From assembly GCA_951406725.2 (NCBI GenBank), contig OX597826.1, forward strand, positions 60,098,001 through 60,160,000: a stretch of DNA of 62,000 nucleotides. Direction: 5' to 3'. The position numbers and the translations under genes were made by a program. Position 1 is the stretch's first letter. Each line of letters begins with the position of its first letter. Below the pieces are notes generated by a model. That model ran no database searches and had not been told where the DNA came from. It saw only the letters and a program-made list of their open reading frames with translations. The stretch comes from Octopus vulgaris. Taxonomy: Eukaryota. Positions 41,971-55,389 of this stretch are shown here, piece by piece.

Positions 41971-42120
41971 TACCAGTCATTGCAAATGATCAACTACTTT
42001 TAGATTTTACCGCTGACTCTTTTGGCTTCGAGACTATATTAGTCAAGACTATATTAGTCTCGAAGCCAAAAGAGTCAGTGGTAAAATCTAAGAATAGTTG
42101 ATAATTTGCAATGACCGGTA
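41971..42120. repeat. 150-bp fold-back palindrome
   Basis: 66-bp arms reverse-complementary with about 5 mismatches; centre has a duplicated GACTATATTAGTC. Confidence 0.9.
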
Positions 42121-42515
42121 AGATTCGTTATTATTTTTTCTATGATTATAGTTTACATCCTTGGTTAAAATATTTTTATACGCGTTCGCGTCAATAATAT
42201 ATAGACCCGTTGTTTGCATACTTAGATGCATACATAAATACATACATACGTTCGTACACATAAACATTCGTATATAACGATAACCGTAACGCGGAAGGAA
42301 GTATGGAAGTATATATTTGATGTGCTTGACTACGAGTCTTTTATATCTTAAGTGCGTGGCGTACTAAATTGTCATTCAATTTGTAATACAGAAATTATTA
42401 ACGGGCTTTTGATTTTTCGGTTTTTGATAGCTTTGTTCTTTATATTATACCATACATCGATATTTCGAGTATCTCCCTCACAGGAATTCTAGTTCTCCTT
42501 AGAGAATTCGCCTTA

Positions 42516-42746
42516 GGCGGCGAGCTGGCAGAAACTTTAGCGCGCCGGGCAAATTGCTTATCGGTATTCCGTCTCCCTTTACGTTCTGAGTTCAATTTCC
42601 GCCGAGGTCGACTTTGACTTTCATCCTTTCGGGGTCGATAAATTAAGTACCAGCTACGCACTGGGGTCGATGTAATCGACTTAATCCCTTTGTCTGTCCT
42701 TGTCTGTCGCCTCTATGTTTAGCCCCTTGTGTGCAATAAAGAAAAA
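42516..42746 (+). mobile_element. SINE family C, full length
   Basis: GGCGGCGAGCTGGCAG head, GAGTTCAATTTCC B box; imperfect 23-bp flanking direct repeat at 42482-42504 and 42747-42769. Confidence 0.92.
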
Positions 42747-43344
42747 AGGAATTCTAATTCTCATTAGAGTGATACTTATTCAAGTTTTTCTAGTTTAAGT
42801 AGATTTCGTTGTGTTGATATGTATGTGTGTGTATGTTTGTGTGTGTGTTTACATATATAAATAAAAGACTTACGAGGAAAGCATCATGGTCGACTATTAA
42901 ATGGGCATACGTATTTTGACATACAAATTTTTTAAAAAGGATCCACTCCCAGTGTTACTAGGAATCTTGAAGCAAATATCATGGGAAATTCGTCCAAAGT
43001 AATTTATTTGAACCAGCGACAGCAAAATGATGTGGTGCTAATGAGAATTTATTTCTTCGCAAAACCCGCAGGAAATAGAAACGATATCTCCTTCAAGTCG
43101 AAACATACAGTTCTTGAAAAATGAAACACCTAATGGAGAATGTAGACGAGAAACCAACAAAAACAAAAAAATGATAATTGTAATTGGAATAACTCTAATC
43201 ATATAATCTGGAGAAATGAAGAGGATATTGCCGTTAAGAACTACTAAACCATCGTTTTTTAAGTATGATAAAAACACACATATACATAAACGCACTAACA
43301 TACAAACACACGTACGTATATATGTACATGAACATATATATATA

Positions 43345-43695
43345 TACTAGCAGTATCGCCCGGCGTTGCTCAGGTTTGTAAGGGAAATAACTATAAAGCA
43401 TTTTTAGAGAGTTATAGCCAAAAAATGGAAAAAAATGATGGTAAATTTTTTTTGAGAGTAAAAAAAGGTGGAGTTGCGTCCCCTAGACGGTTTGTGTTTC
43501 TGATTCTCGACCCCATGTCGAATTTATCGATTTTTTTCAGAACTGGGGGAACTTTTCAAAATTTTCGCTGCGTTAGTTTTGAATTATGACATTGGGCTAT
43601 GTGTGTGTCAAGTTTCATCAGAATCGGTTGAAAGCCGTGGTCAGGGTGAGGGTACGAGAAAACAGACACAAAGAAACACGCACAGACAAACTGCC

Positions 43696-43705
<10 letters not shown>
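43345..43705 (+). mobile_element. Non-autonomous Helitron/DINE-1-like element
   Basis: TACTAGCAGTATCGCCCGGCGTTGCT start, AAGTTTCATCAGAATCGGTTGA subterminal motif, CACAGACAAAC...TTTTATATAT end, typical of HINE/DINE-like repeats. Confidence 0.6.
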
Positions 43706-43730
<25 letters not shown>

Positions 43731-43825
43731 GCATAACCTATAGTGGTTAGCCATATTGAGATGGCAAATATACCTCACATTGTCGTGCAGTTACTGTTTA
43801 TACCTCGTTCAGAAATTTATTATTG

Positions 43826-43860
<35 letters not shown>

Positions 43861-44292
43861 ACACATGTACATATGCAAACACCTACACACGGAAGGATGA
43901 CACACGTACACGCTCACACATATGCATACAATTCATACTAAACATTACAAAGCCCTATCATGATCGAAAATGAGGTTAAATGCAAAGTTACTACATTTAT
44001 GGGAATAAATATGGTATATCGCTTTGAAAAATATATGAATTCATTTCAAACTACGATATAGAAATATGTATTTACGTATAGATGTGTGCAAGCGTTTATT
44101 TTATATACATGCATGTATGTTTATTTGCATGTATTTATTATTTTTATAAATGTATATATGCATAAATTCGAATTTAAGGAAATGTGAATGCATGCATGAA
44201 AACTCATTTATTATGGATAACAATAAATAAGCCGTCATTTAAGCAACGTTCTTTTCGCGATCCTCCTACTGAATGTAATAATATATGGATAT

Positions 44293-44695
<403 letters not shown>

Positions 44696-45272
44696 TCCAC
44701 AAACATATAGATTCCTATACGCGTGTGTATGTGTTTGTGTGTGCCAATACACATGCAGTTATATACAATACAAATATAAAGAGAATATCGTTCATTCCCG
44801 CATTAGTTGAAGTTTCTTTAAATCGGTGGAGCATCCGAACGAGAACTGCATACCCTTTCTTCAGAGTTTTGAAGTTTCGAGCTGAAATCCTGCTGAAGTC
44901 AGCTTTGACTCTCTTCTTCCTATGATCAATGAAAGAGTGGACAAGTCAAGTATCGACTGCGATCTAATCAATGTGTACCGTCTTACGGAAATTGCAGATT
45001 TGTCTTCGGTCAATTGCAGACTTTCATTAAATATGCGCAGTCCAATGAAACACTACTACACGCATTCGTGTAGTGTCTGACGATTGTTGACTTGTGGAGT
45101 TATGACTAACTGTTGCTGTCAGGTGTAGCATTGAAAACCCAAACATATTTGGCACCAATGACCAGTTTCATCTATGCCAACTTTCCTACACATCGGATAT
45201 CATGCGCATAGCAAAACACACTAAAGCGCATAATATATAGTTTAAATATTACATGCATAGTACTATGCAAGA

Positions 45273-45308
45273 GAAGGCGCATGGCTTAGTGGTTAGGGTA
45301 TTCGGCTT
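45273..45308 (+). mobile_element. SINE family D head only
   Basis: GAAGGCGCATGGCTTAGTGGTTAGGGTATTCGGCT then abrupt truncation. Confidence 0.65.
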
Positions 45309-45544
45309 CTTTAATTTTCAGCTCCTCAATCATTATTTGATTTTTTAGATCATCTAGATAAGTTGGGTCAATTTCTGTTTGACTTTCTTCACCTATTTGA
45401 TTTTCCTCTGACTTGCTGTTTATGGTTAGTTGAGAGAGTATTTCACTTTATCAGTTACAATGGCTCTTTCTATCATTACTGCATTTTCATCAGCCCTGGA
45501 TTGGTTTATAATTATTTTCTCTTAGTATCTTCTTTAGCTTCAAT

Positions 45545-46200
45545 TTAGTTCCCCTTATCCCTTACCGATTGTTTCATTCGGTCAATCTCTACTTCAGTTA
45601 CTAATTTCTTTTTCATAATGTTTCTTCTGACGTTGGCAAGTTTGTTACTGTCTATGTAGGATCTTAGTTCAAGGTGCTTCTGTCTCCAGTTTAGATAGGT
45701 TTCTTCAATATTAGATTTATTTGTGGGCAAATACATAGCATGATAGAAGGCCTTAAGAAATTTATTATCTGCCCTAAAAAAATTTTCATTCATTTTGTAC
45801 TGGTTATTTGATGACGAGAGTGGATGGCCATTTATTGGAATATTCTGATTATGGGGTACTTTCAGATCCTGTGTTTCGAGAAGATTGAACCAGTACCTGA
45901 TTTTCCGTACCCAGTCTAGTTCCTCACGGGAGTACGCGGCCCATATTGATGCGGGTGGCTGCTGAATCGGTTTGTATTTTGCGTTGTTGTTATGGCGGCA
46001 TGAATGGCTTGGACGTTAACATTAGAGGACGGATCTATCTGTTTAGGAATAATTCTTCGTGACAACACCGCCTCCGAGTTCTTTGAATGAAAACATTGCT
46101 CGTAACGTAGCTTGTTAATGCTAACAGATCTGTATTCGTCTGTATTTTCTTTTGCTGATAGACTTATCTCCAGGCATATTCTTTTTTGTGGTGTTTTTTA
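45545..46200 (-). mobile_element. R4/Dong-type LINE 5'/N-terminal fragment
   Basis: AFYHAMY...ETYLNWRQK...SNKLANVRRNIMKKKLVTEVEIDRMKQSV resembles the R4/Dong N-terminal region; upstream boundary approximate. Confidence 0.65.
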
Positions 46201-46269
46201 CTTATGAATTGTTCACTCTGTGTTAGTTCGGAAAAAATTGTTTTTTAGTTTCGCTTTTTTTTTTTTTTT

Positions 46270-46555
46270 TCCAAGAACCCAACAATAATTGGCATTATCT
46301 TCATCTTCATTTTCCAAATACCTGGCTATTTCGTGCTTTAGAGGGTTATATCTATCTATCTTTTCACCTTCTTTTTTTAGTATTAAGGGACATGCGACTT
46401 TAACTATGTAGAATATGTAATACACTTTGTCCACCACTACTAGATTCGGTCTCTTATGCACTTGATCTGTTTGGATTGAGAAATCCCAGAGGAATTTGTT
46501 AGTACCCAAACCCGCCACTGTCTGAGGTTTGTCTCCATACCAAATCTTGCCTCTC
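46270..46555 (-). mobile_element. R4/Dong-type LINE RLE-domain fragment
   Basis: WYGDKPQTV...KFLWDFSIQTD..HKRPNLVVVDK...VKVACP...EKIDRYNPLKHEIAR, RLE with RPD decayed to RPN; bordered by (ATC)/(ATT)n. Confidence 0.88.
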
Positions 46556-47116
46556 TCGAGCTCCATTATCATCATCATCATCGTCATCATCATCATTATC
46601 ATCATCATCATTATCATCATCATCATCATAATCATCATCATCATCATCATCATCATTATTATTATTATTATTATTATTACAACTATTGTTGTTGTTGTTG
46701 TTTTTGCTGTTGCTGCTGCTTTTTTGTTGTTATTATTATTGATAACAATAATAGTAGCATACTCTGAATGTTTAATCAATGTGCCATTTGGTACACCCAG
46801 TTCTTACTTTATAGGCGACACGAAATAATTTCTAAAACCAACAAACACTGCCAGCCACAGTTTACTTACATCAGGCAATCAGTATGGTTGTATGAGAGAA
46901 CGGAATACAGCTGGCACTGGTTGAACTCTTGTTTGTAATTAAAACAATGGAATCAACAGCCACAAGCGAGAGACAGTTATTTAGAATCTTCTGGAGTGTT
47001 AAGTGAAGAAAACTCGTAGAGTTTTACTTTTTATTTTTTCTTAAGTATAATGAATTATTAAGAATGCAGAGTTTTTCAGTGCTTAAAAAAAAGTCATCAC
47101 CAGCACCTCTGTCATT

Positions 47117-47159
<43 letters not shown>

Positions 47160-47308
47160 GTATCACTGTAACTATCATTATTACAATCGCTTCCACAACT
47201 TTCTGCCATGAACAATTTCGCCATCGTTTTCATCATCGTTGTGATCATCGTTGTGATCGTCAACACATTCAGCTCTACAAGCACCACAATCACCACCAGC
47301 TCGACGCT

Positions 47309-47706
47309 TCTTTTACTCTTTTACTGGTTTCTGTCATTTGACTGTGCCCATGCTGGAGCACCGCCTTTAGTCGAGCAAATTGACCCCCAGGATTTATTTC
47401 TTGTAAGCCTAGTACATATTCTATCGGTTCTTTTGCCGAACCACTAGGTTACGGGGACGTAAACACATCAGCACCGGTCGTCAAGCGATGTTGGGGACCA
47501 AACACAGACGCACAAACATATACACACACATGCATATATATATATAGATATACATATATACGACGGGCTTCTTTCAGTTTCCGTCCACCAAATCCACTCA
47601 CGAGGCTAAAGTAGAAGACAGTTGGCCAAGGTGCAACGCAGTAGGACTGAACCGGGAACCATGAGCTTGGTAAGCAAGCTACTTACCACACGGCCACTCC
47701 TACGTC
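47309..47706 (-). mobile_element. SINE family A with internal deletion
   Basis: Reverse copy, head and tail recognisable. Confidence 0.9.
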
Positions 47707-49207
47707 TATAATAATAATAATAATAATAATAATGATGATGATGATGATGATATGACAATAAGTAGTAGTATTAGTAGAAGTAATAGTAGTTGTAGTACCA
47801 GCAGCAGTAGCAATAGTGTGGTGAATGAGACGGAGGAGTTCAATTCAGTGGAAATGTAGCATTCCTTAACATTTCTAATTGTTGATTATGTTTATTAGAG
47901 CTATTACTTTTTTAAGCTTTTGCTCTCTATTTTGTACATCGAGAACATTTCTGCCGTAAATATTTTGCCATAAATGTTTCTCCTACAAATATGATTCAAG
48001 TAAATGCCTGTATTTCGCCGCCGCAGTCAAGTACGACTGATTAAGTGGGCACCGACTATAGCTGACGACAGTATGTAGTAAATTTTTGAGTTGAAATCTG
48101 GTGTATAGTATACAATGTCTTTACAAACAGGTTATACGTTCCGAGAAACTCATCATTGAGATGAAATATATCAAACGTTGCTCCGATAGGAGTCTGAAAC
48201 TTTTGGAACGAATGAAATCACAATCTCCGTTACACGTGGCCTATGCTCTGAGCAACAAATTTTCGCTAAAATGTACAGTGATATCGATATCTACTCGAGA
48301 GTCAGATGTAATAGCCACCAATGGAAATCATTTCGAATTACACATTCCGTTCGTTAAACATTCCATCTCTCATATCAGCAATATGACTGAGTGCTTACAG
48401 AATGACCACATATTTCTAGTAGTTTTCATTCAATATCTTCATAAAATTAAGCTGTCCGCCGACGGGAAATAACATCATTAGGTGAGACAAGCTGACTGAC
48501 GGGTGACGGTCGTTTAGAAAAAGCGCGGGCTAAAACTACGCACCTTCACTAGTCAGTTAAGGTGAGACAGTGTCACGTGATAACTTGGTGGGGCAGCCTG
48601 CTGGAGCCTTGCGACAGGTATTTAAAGGGAGAAATTTGATAAGACAGTCAGTCACCGGCTGACACTCGCTGACGATACATCGAAGAGGCCAGGGAACAGA
48701 AGAAAGGAGAAGAAAGAAGACATGCACCCAACACCAGAGCTGAAGACACCTCCGAAAGGGGGTGGTCCGCCACGTCAAAACGGTAGAGGAGTAGGGGCCG
48801 AAACCGGACGTGTTTCCTCCTGATGATGTCTTGAGCTAACTGGATCCTAAAAAGGAGCTGTTGTGTTAGCAGACCACGAAACGCGGTTGTAATTCATCCT
48901 TATTTATGTTATCGGTTGATAGGAAGTGATTGAAATATTTATCAGAATGTTGATATCATAAATCCATGCCTTTATGTTGTGATGGTTTCATTGGACAACT
49001 TGCAATTCTAAGCAGGGAAATCCCGCGGAGAATAGCTCACGCTGTAACGGTCTCATAGTTATTTTACAGTAGCCATAGAAGCTAGTATTCAAATAATTTT
49101 GTAACTCGTCTGATTACTTACTTAATCTCTTCGCTCTCAAAGGAGCATAGGCTACCGACGACATTTCTCGTTAGTACCGCATGTATAGGCATGTATGGAC
49201 AACGATT

Positions 49208-49377
49208 AAAACCAAACCCTATCCTGAATCCTACACTCTAACACTAACCCTAAAACCAAACCCTACACTGAAGTCTGAACCTAACCCTAAGCCCGTAAAC
49301 CCTAAAACTAAATCCCAAAACTTAACCCTAACCGTAACTTTAAACACTAATCTTAAACAGCAACCTTATTCCTAAAC
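49208..49377. repeat. Degenerate hexamer array with CCCTAA units
   Basis: CTAACCCTAA at about 49244, 49281 and 49323 within a 6-bp periodic A/C-rich tract. Confidence 0.65.
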
Positions 49378-49891
49378 TTTAATGTACAGTTTGTTTTGGG
49401 AGTTTTTTACAAATATATTTCGTAGAAGATATTTTCCTTTTTAAATTATTTATATGCCTGTCCTATTTCACATGGCTATTCATTAAAACTGTGTTAAAAT
49501 TTCAAATCGTCTAACAACTTTTGTCGTCATAATGATTCGCTTTCATTTTGTTTAATAAAAATTTGTCATACTAATGATTATACTTTCAATTTGTGATAGA
49601 GAACTTTCACGAATAAAATGCCAGCTCCTAAATCTTGTTTTCTGGTTGAATAAAAATTATCACACCTCGGTAAAATTTTTGTAACAGTCTATGGAACAAA
49701 TGAATAAAATATCGGTTTCAGCGTGACATATGATATCAACGTACCAAATTTGAAAATGTTGACTTAATTTTGAAATTTCAAAATCTGTGTCAGCATCAGA
49801 ACATAACCCTTATGCGCACGTGTTCGCATGTATAGAACTAACTAGCTGGCTAGTTTGATAGTTAGCTAGATAGATGGACAGACAGACAGAG

Positions 49892-49926
<35 letters not shown>

Positions 49927-49938
49927 TAGATAGATAGC

Positions 49939-49994
<56 letters not shown>

Positions 49995-51140
49995 CAGAGA
50001 GAGAGAGAGAGAAAATAGATAGATAGATTGATTCATAGATAGACACATATGTTTAAATGCGTGTGTATGTGAATATATACGTGTGTGAGTGTGCGCGCGC
50101 GAGTGTAGCTATATTGTATTTTTGCTAATAGGAAATGAATGCTATCTACCATTGGGGTTTAATCGGCTTTTGATGTTTTCGTTATTTGCAACGAGCCTTA
50201 AGGACATTGCTGATTATGCAGATCTCTACTCAGAAGCATTTCAGTGTTGGTCATCTTATCATCTTTATGGCTGCATATGTCTAGAAGATGCTTGTACGAC
50301 AGGACTAGAGCCCCTTTTGAGGTTCCTTCGCTGGCTCGCATTTGATTGTATTTCGTAAAATGAGTGTAATATTTTCTATTTAGAGTTAGACATTTCGTTC
50401 GTTCTTGTTTACTTTTTTTTCCAGTTTCTCTACTAATCCTATTAATCCACCTATGGCTTCCCTATTGATTTAATCTCTATGCCTACTCTTTAAGGAAACG
50501 CAAAAATCGAAAACCATAGACAGTTTTCAATTTACTATAGCGAAATTCGAAAATATTTACAATCATTTTCGAGTTCCGCTTTAATTTAATATTACGATTT
50601 TAATTGTGAAAACTATGGGTTACGTTATCATTGTCGATTCATTTTATCTAAAAGTAATTAAATTTAAAATATTAGCAGTTAATTACTAATTAGATTCTAG
50701 TTTTTACTTTACGTCTTCTTATAACGAGATATGAGTTTCGATTTGTTATTCTTTTAGTCTTATTCATATATCATTGCTTACCTATCCTACCTCCAGATAT
50801 TATTTTAATAGACGCTCTGCAGTTAGAAATGGTTTATTTTTATATCTGATGAATTTTCCCACTATATTCGGTGTTCGATTGTATTCTACCACGAAACATC
50901 CGCTAGAGACTTACACTTGCGACAAATACTAAGCGACGAGAACATTCGCTGTACATTCGTGAAAATGTCTTCATTTGTTCATTTCAGCTTTTTAAGTTCA
51001 AACGCCATCCAGGTCAACATTTTGCGTCAATGAAATAAAGTAACCTTCCAGTACTGGGATTAATGGTAGCACCTAAAACACCGTCTCTGAAAATTGCTCG
51101 CTTGGACCGGAATGTCTTGCACACATACATTCACATACAA

Positions 51141-51540
51141 AGGAGTGGCTGTGTGCTAAGTAGATTGTTTACCAACAACATGGTTCCGGGTTCAGTCCCA
51201 CTGCGTGGCACCATGGGCAAGTGTTTTCTACTATAGCCTCGGGCCGAGCAAAGCCTTGTCAGTAGATTTGGTAGACGGAAACTGAAAGAAGCCCGTCGTA
51301 TATATGTATATATATGTTTGTGTGTGTATATGTTTGTGTGTCTGTGTTTGTCCCCCTAGCATTGCTTGACAACCGATGCTGGTGTGTTTATATCCCCGTC
51401 ACCTAGCGGTTCGGCAAAAGAGACCGATAGAATAAGTACTGGGCTTACAAAAAGAATAAGTCCCGGGGTCGAGTTGCTCGATTAAAGGCGGTGCTCCAGC
51501 ATGGCCGCAGTCAAAATGACTGAAACAAGTAAAAAAAAAA
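51141..51540 (+). mobile_element. SINE family A
   Basis: Near-consensus copy. Confidence 0.93.
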
Positions 51541-51749
51541 AAGAAAAGATATATATGTATACGTATGTGCAGACAAAATCTCACATTTATCCAGACACAC
51601 ACAGACTCTTTCTCACACACACATGTATGTGTGTGTGCACTCCGCCAAGAGAGCGAATATTACGTGTGTTTATATCTTTCTCACAACCACACAATTGCAT
51701 GTATACATGCCCGCGCGTACAAAAACACACTCAGATGCAAACACAAACA

Positions 51750-51822
51750 CACACGTACACTTACACACACGTACACTTACACACACGTACACTTACACAC
51801 ACGTACACTTACACACACGTAC
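51750..51822. repeat. 14-bp minisatellite (CACACGTACACTTA)x4+
   Basis: Exact tandem units. Confidence 0.9.
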
Positions 51823-51836
51823 AAAGACACTCATAT

Positions 51837-52178
51837 ACTCTTTTACTCTTTTACTTATCTCAGTCATTTGACTATGGCCATGCTGGAGCACCGCCTTTAG
51901 TCGAGCTAATCGACCCCAGGACTTATTCTTTGTAAGCCTGGTACTTATTCTATCGGTGTCTTTGCCGAACCGCTAAGTGACCGATGTTGGCGGGGTGGGG
52001 AGAAACAGATACACAAACACACACACACATATACATATACATGGGACGGGCTTCTTTCAGTTTCCCTATACCAAATCCACTCACAAGACTTTGGTCGGTT
52101 CGGTGCCATGCAGTGGGACTGAACCCAGATCCATGTGGTTGGTAAGCAAGCTACTTTCCACACAGCCACTCCTGAGCC
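51837..52178 (-). mobile_element. SINE family A with internal deletions
   Basis: Reverse copy, tail-to-tail with 51141-51540. Confidence 0.9.
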
Positions 52179-52181
52179 TAC

Positions 52182-52231
<50 letters not shown>

Positions 52232-52976
52232 ATATAATACTATAATCACTCAAACCATCTAAACTTCCATATACATTCTTTTTATTAAACACCTAACGAG
52301 GATATTGCGCGAACATATTCCCCTGATGAAAGTGCCATATATTTAAAATCAAAACCTCTCTAAGTACAGTTCCCAGATTTTGGATTTATAGCCCCAACTT
52401 TTCCAGAAATTCTGTACATTTTAATTTTGTTTAAAACCCTGAATAATTTTCGCTTGAAATTTTAACGATTTTGAAATCGCCTATAAAATCCCGTTTTTCT
52501 TTACATCAGCCATAAATTTATATAAAAGAAAGGAAAAAAACATCTTAAATGAAATAACTATATCTTTGTTTACTCTGCCGATAAGACGACTACACTTGTG
52601 TATTTCTGCTTTTACAATCACTTACCGCAGAGAAATACAGTTATGTCCAATTTAAATATGTATATATATAACTATGTGTGTGCGTGTGTGTGTGTGTAAG
52701 TGTGTGTTTTGTTTCCATTTCTGTAGATTCATATATTTCTCTCAAACCCATCAACGATATGTTTGCACGTATGCACGTATGTACAAAGGTTTACACGCCC
52801 GCAGAGACAAGCACATACGCATACACAGACGTACATAATATATTGCAGCTTTAATAAAACTATATATATGTACCCATACGCACACACAGATATACATAAT
52901 ATATTGCAGCTTTAATAAAACCATATATATGTAAGTGTGTGTGTGTGTGTGTATGTATACACACACATACACACAC

Positions 52977-53009
<33 letters not shown>

Positions 53010-54018
53010 CATATGCGTATCATATATGTCATAATATATTCAAAATTCCGATGCAGATTGCTAAGTAGCGAGTTAAGTGCCCGTAAGTATATATATATTG
53101 AGTGTGTGTGTTTGTGTGTGTGTGCATAATATATATATATATATATTCATACACATAGGAGTACATATATGTATATATTTATATAGATATATGTATATAT
53201 ATATATTTATATATATATGTGTATGTGTGTGTGTGCATATATACATATATATATACATATCTATGTGCCAGTATGTGTGTGCATAAGTATGTATCTGTAT
53301 ATAAAGGTGCATAGTGAAAGTCTGAGGATGGGGAGGAGAAGCTGTTAAAAGTAGCCCCAGTAGCCGTACTTGTTAATTAAATTTATCCAATTGCTTGCCT
53401 TGCAGAATACAAAATTGTGTGTTTTAAAGAGGGTCTATTATTGCAATTTCTATCTTGTCTTTATTATAATGGCTGTGTTTGTCTTGCACTTTATATATTT
53501 ATTATGTATTTATATTTGTGTGTTTTTATGAATTGTATGTATGTATGTGCGCTTGTATGTATATTTGTATATACATATATGTTTATATACATATATATAT
53601 CTATAAACATATATATATATATATTCATAATAATACATATGAAATATGTATTATTAGCGTTCATATATGCGTTTCTATATACATATTTCTATGTGTGTAT
53701 GTATTTTTATAATTATATATGTTCTTATTGTAGAGGGATAGGAATAGATAAAGAATGCATTAATATGAGAAGTGATGATGATGGTGGGGAGAATGATGAG
53801 GCTTTTTTAAAATGGCTGCAATATGTTAAAGCGCTATGTTTAAATTCTCACGTCAATGAAAATGTTAACGTTAAGAAGGTTCTTCAGAAAATACAGAAGA
53901 AGCAACTGGGAATCAACGAGTAGAATATATATATCCAAGATAGAAAAGAACGAAAAGAACGAAAAGAAAGAATTGTAGAAATACGTGAAGAGTAAGAGAA
54001 AGGGAAGTGACAAACAGT

Positions 54019-54062
<44 letters not shown>

Positions 54063-54620
54063 CAGAGACAGAGACAGAGACAGAGATAAGGAGGAGAGGG
54101 CGGGAGAGATAGTGGGAGAGAATGGAATAATTATTCGAGGGAATAAATGTATATGAAATGCATGAATATACAATTTGAAGAACTGAAATGATGACATTAA
54201 CATCGACGACTAAGACGACGACGATGACGAAGAAGACGACGACGACGACGACAATGATGATGATGATGATGATGGGGAGGACCTGGAGGAGAAGCAGGAG
54301 GAGGAGGATCAGGAAGATGACGACGGCGAAGTTGATGATTGTGTTAATGATGTCTGTGCTGTTAATGAAAGAGGCTGTTGCGAGTGTGATGACGGTGATA
54401 TCAGTTGCGATGGGTTGTAATAACACAGGAAGATATAGATTGATAGGAAACGCGTATATAGGGTTACCTGCTATCATAAAACGCCCAATCATACTCTGAC
54501 ACTCCGAAACACAAGCCATAATATATCCATAGATATAGAGGGATGCACACTCACTAACTTACTAAATAGTTTATATAATGAGTTCATCTTTTCGTTTCTA
54601 AAACAGGTTTAAAATATGAT

Positions 54621-55000
54621 TTACCAACCACATGGTTCCGGGTTCAGTCCCACTGCGTGGCACCTTGGGCAAGTGTCTTCTACTATAGCCTCGGGCCGAC
54701 CAAAGCCTTGTGAGTGGATTTGGTAGACGGAAACTGAAAGAAGTCCGTTGTATATATATATATATATGTATGCGCGTGTATGTTTGTGTGTCTGTGTTTG
54801 TCCCCCTAGCATTGCTTGACAACCGATGCTGGTGTGTTTATGTCCCCGTCACTTAGCGGTTCGGCAAAAGAGACCCATAGAATAAGTACTGGGCTTACAA
54901 AGAATACGTCCTGGGGTCGAGTTGCTCGATTAAAGGCGGTGATCCAGCATGGCCGCAGTCAAAATGACTGAAACAAGTAAAAAGAGAAAAAGAGAGAGAG
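54621..55000 (+). mobile_element. SINE family A, missing first ~30 bp
   Basis: Near-consensus body and tail. Confidence 0.92.
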
Positions 55001-55389
55001 AGTAGTTTTGACAAAAAATTTTTAGCAAGGTTCATTAATCACACAAAAACGTTTCCATTAGTTTAGTGTATGTTGAAAGATCAGGAGAGTGCAAAGAAAG
55101 TTAATTTTTGTGCAGCATAGTCAGTAGACTGCGTTGCGATTATATGTCCCCTAGCTTCTAGGTTGCTTCTCAAAATATGCTTTTTTGTCTTATTGCGTTT
55201 ATATGGATGATTTTAAAGGATTTGTTAAAACACAGCTACGATATAAATATTCATTTCTTTGTGACACAATGATGTTTAGTAGAAGGAGAAGGTTCACTCG
55301 AAAACTAGAATAGTTCTTTTATTCATAACACACCTAATATAATCATTCGTCAATTAGACGAAACACGGAATATAAAGCAACTACAATAT

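Noticed and set aside
48027-48472. Possible 44-nt exon (QVRLIKWAPTIADD) and a 123-aa ORF
   Set aside because: No domain recognised and no supporting neighbouring exons.
51750-52930. Tandem repeats as a CRISPR-like array
   Set aside because: No unique spacers, no cas genes, eukaryotic context; simple minisatellite and local duplication.
53417-54499. 168-aa, 211-aa and 103-aa ORFs and an acidic D/E-rich frame
   Set aside because: Built from TA, GA, GAC and GAT repeats; the acidic frame has an internal stop.
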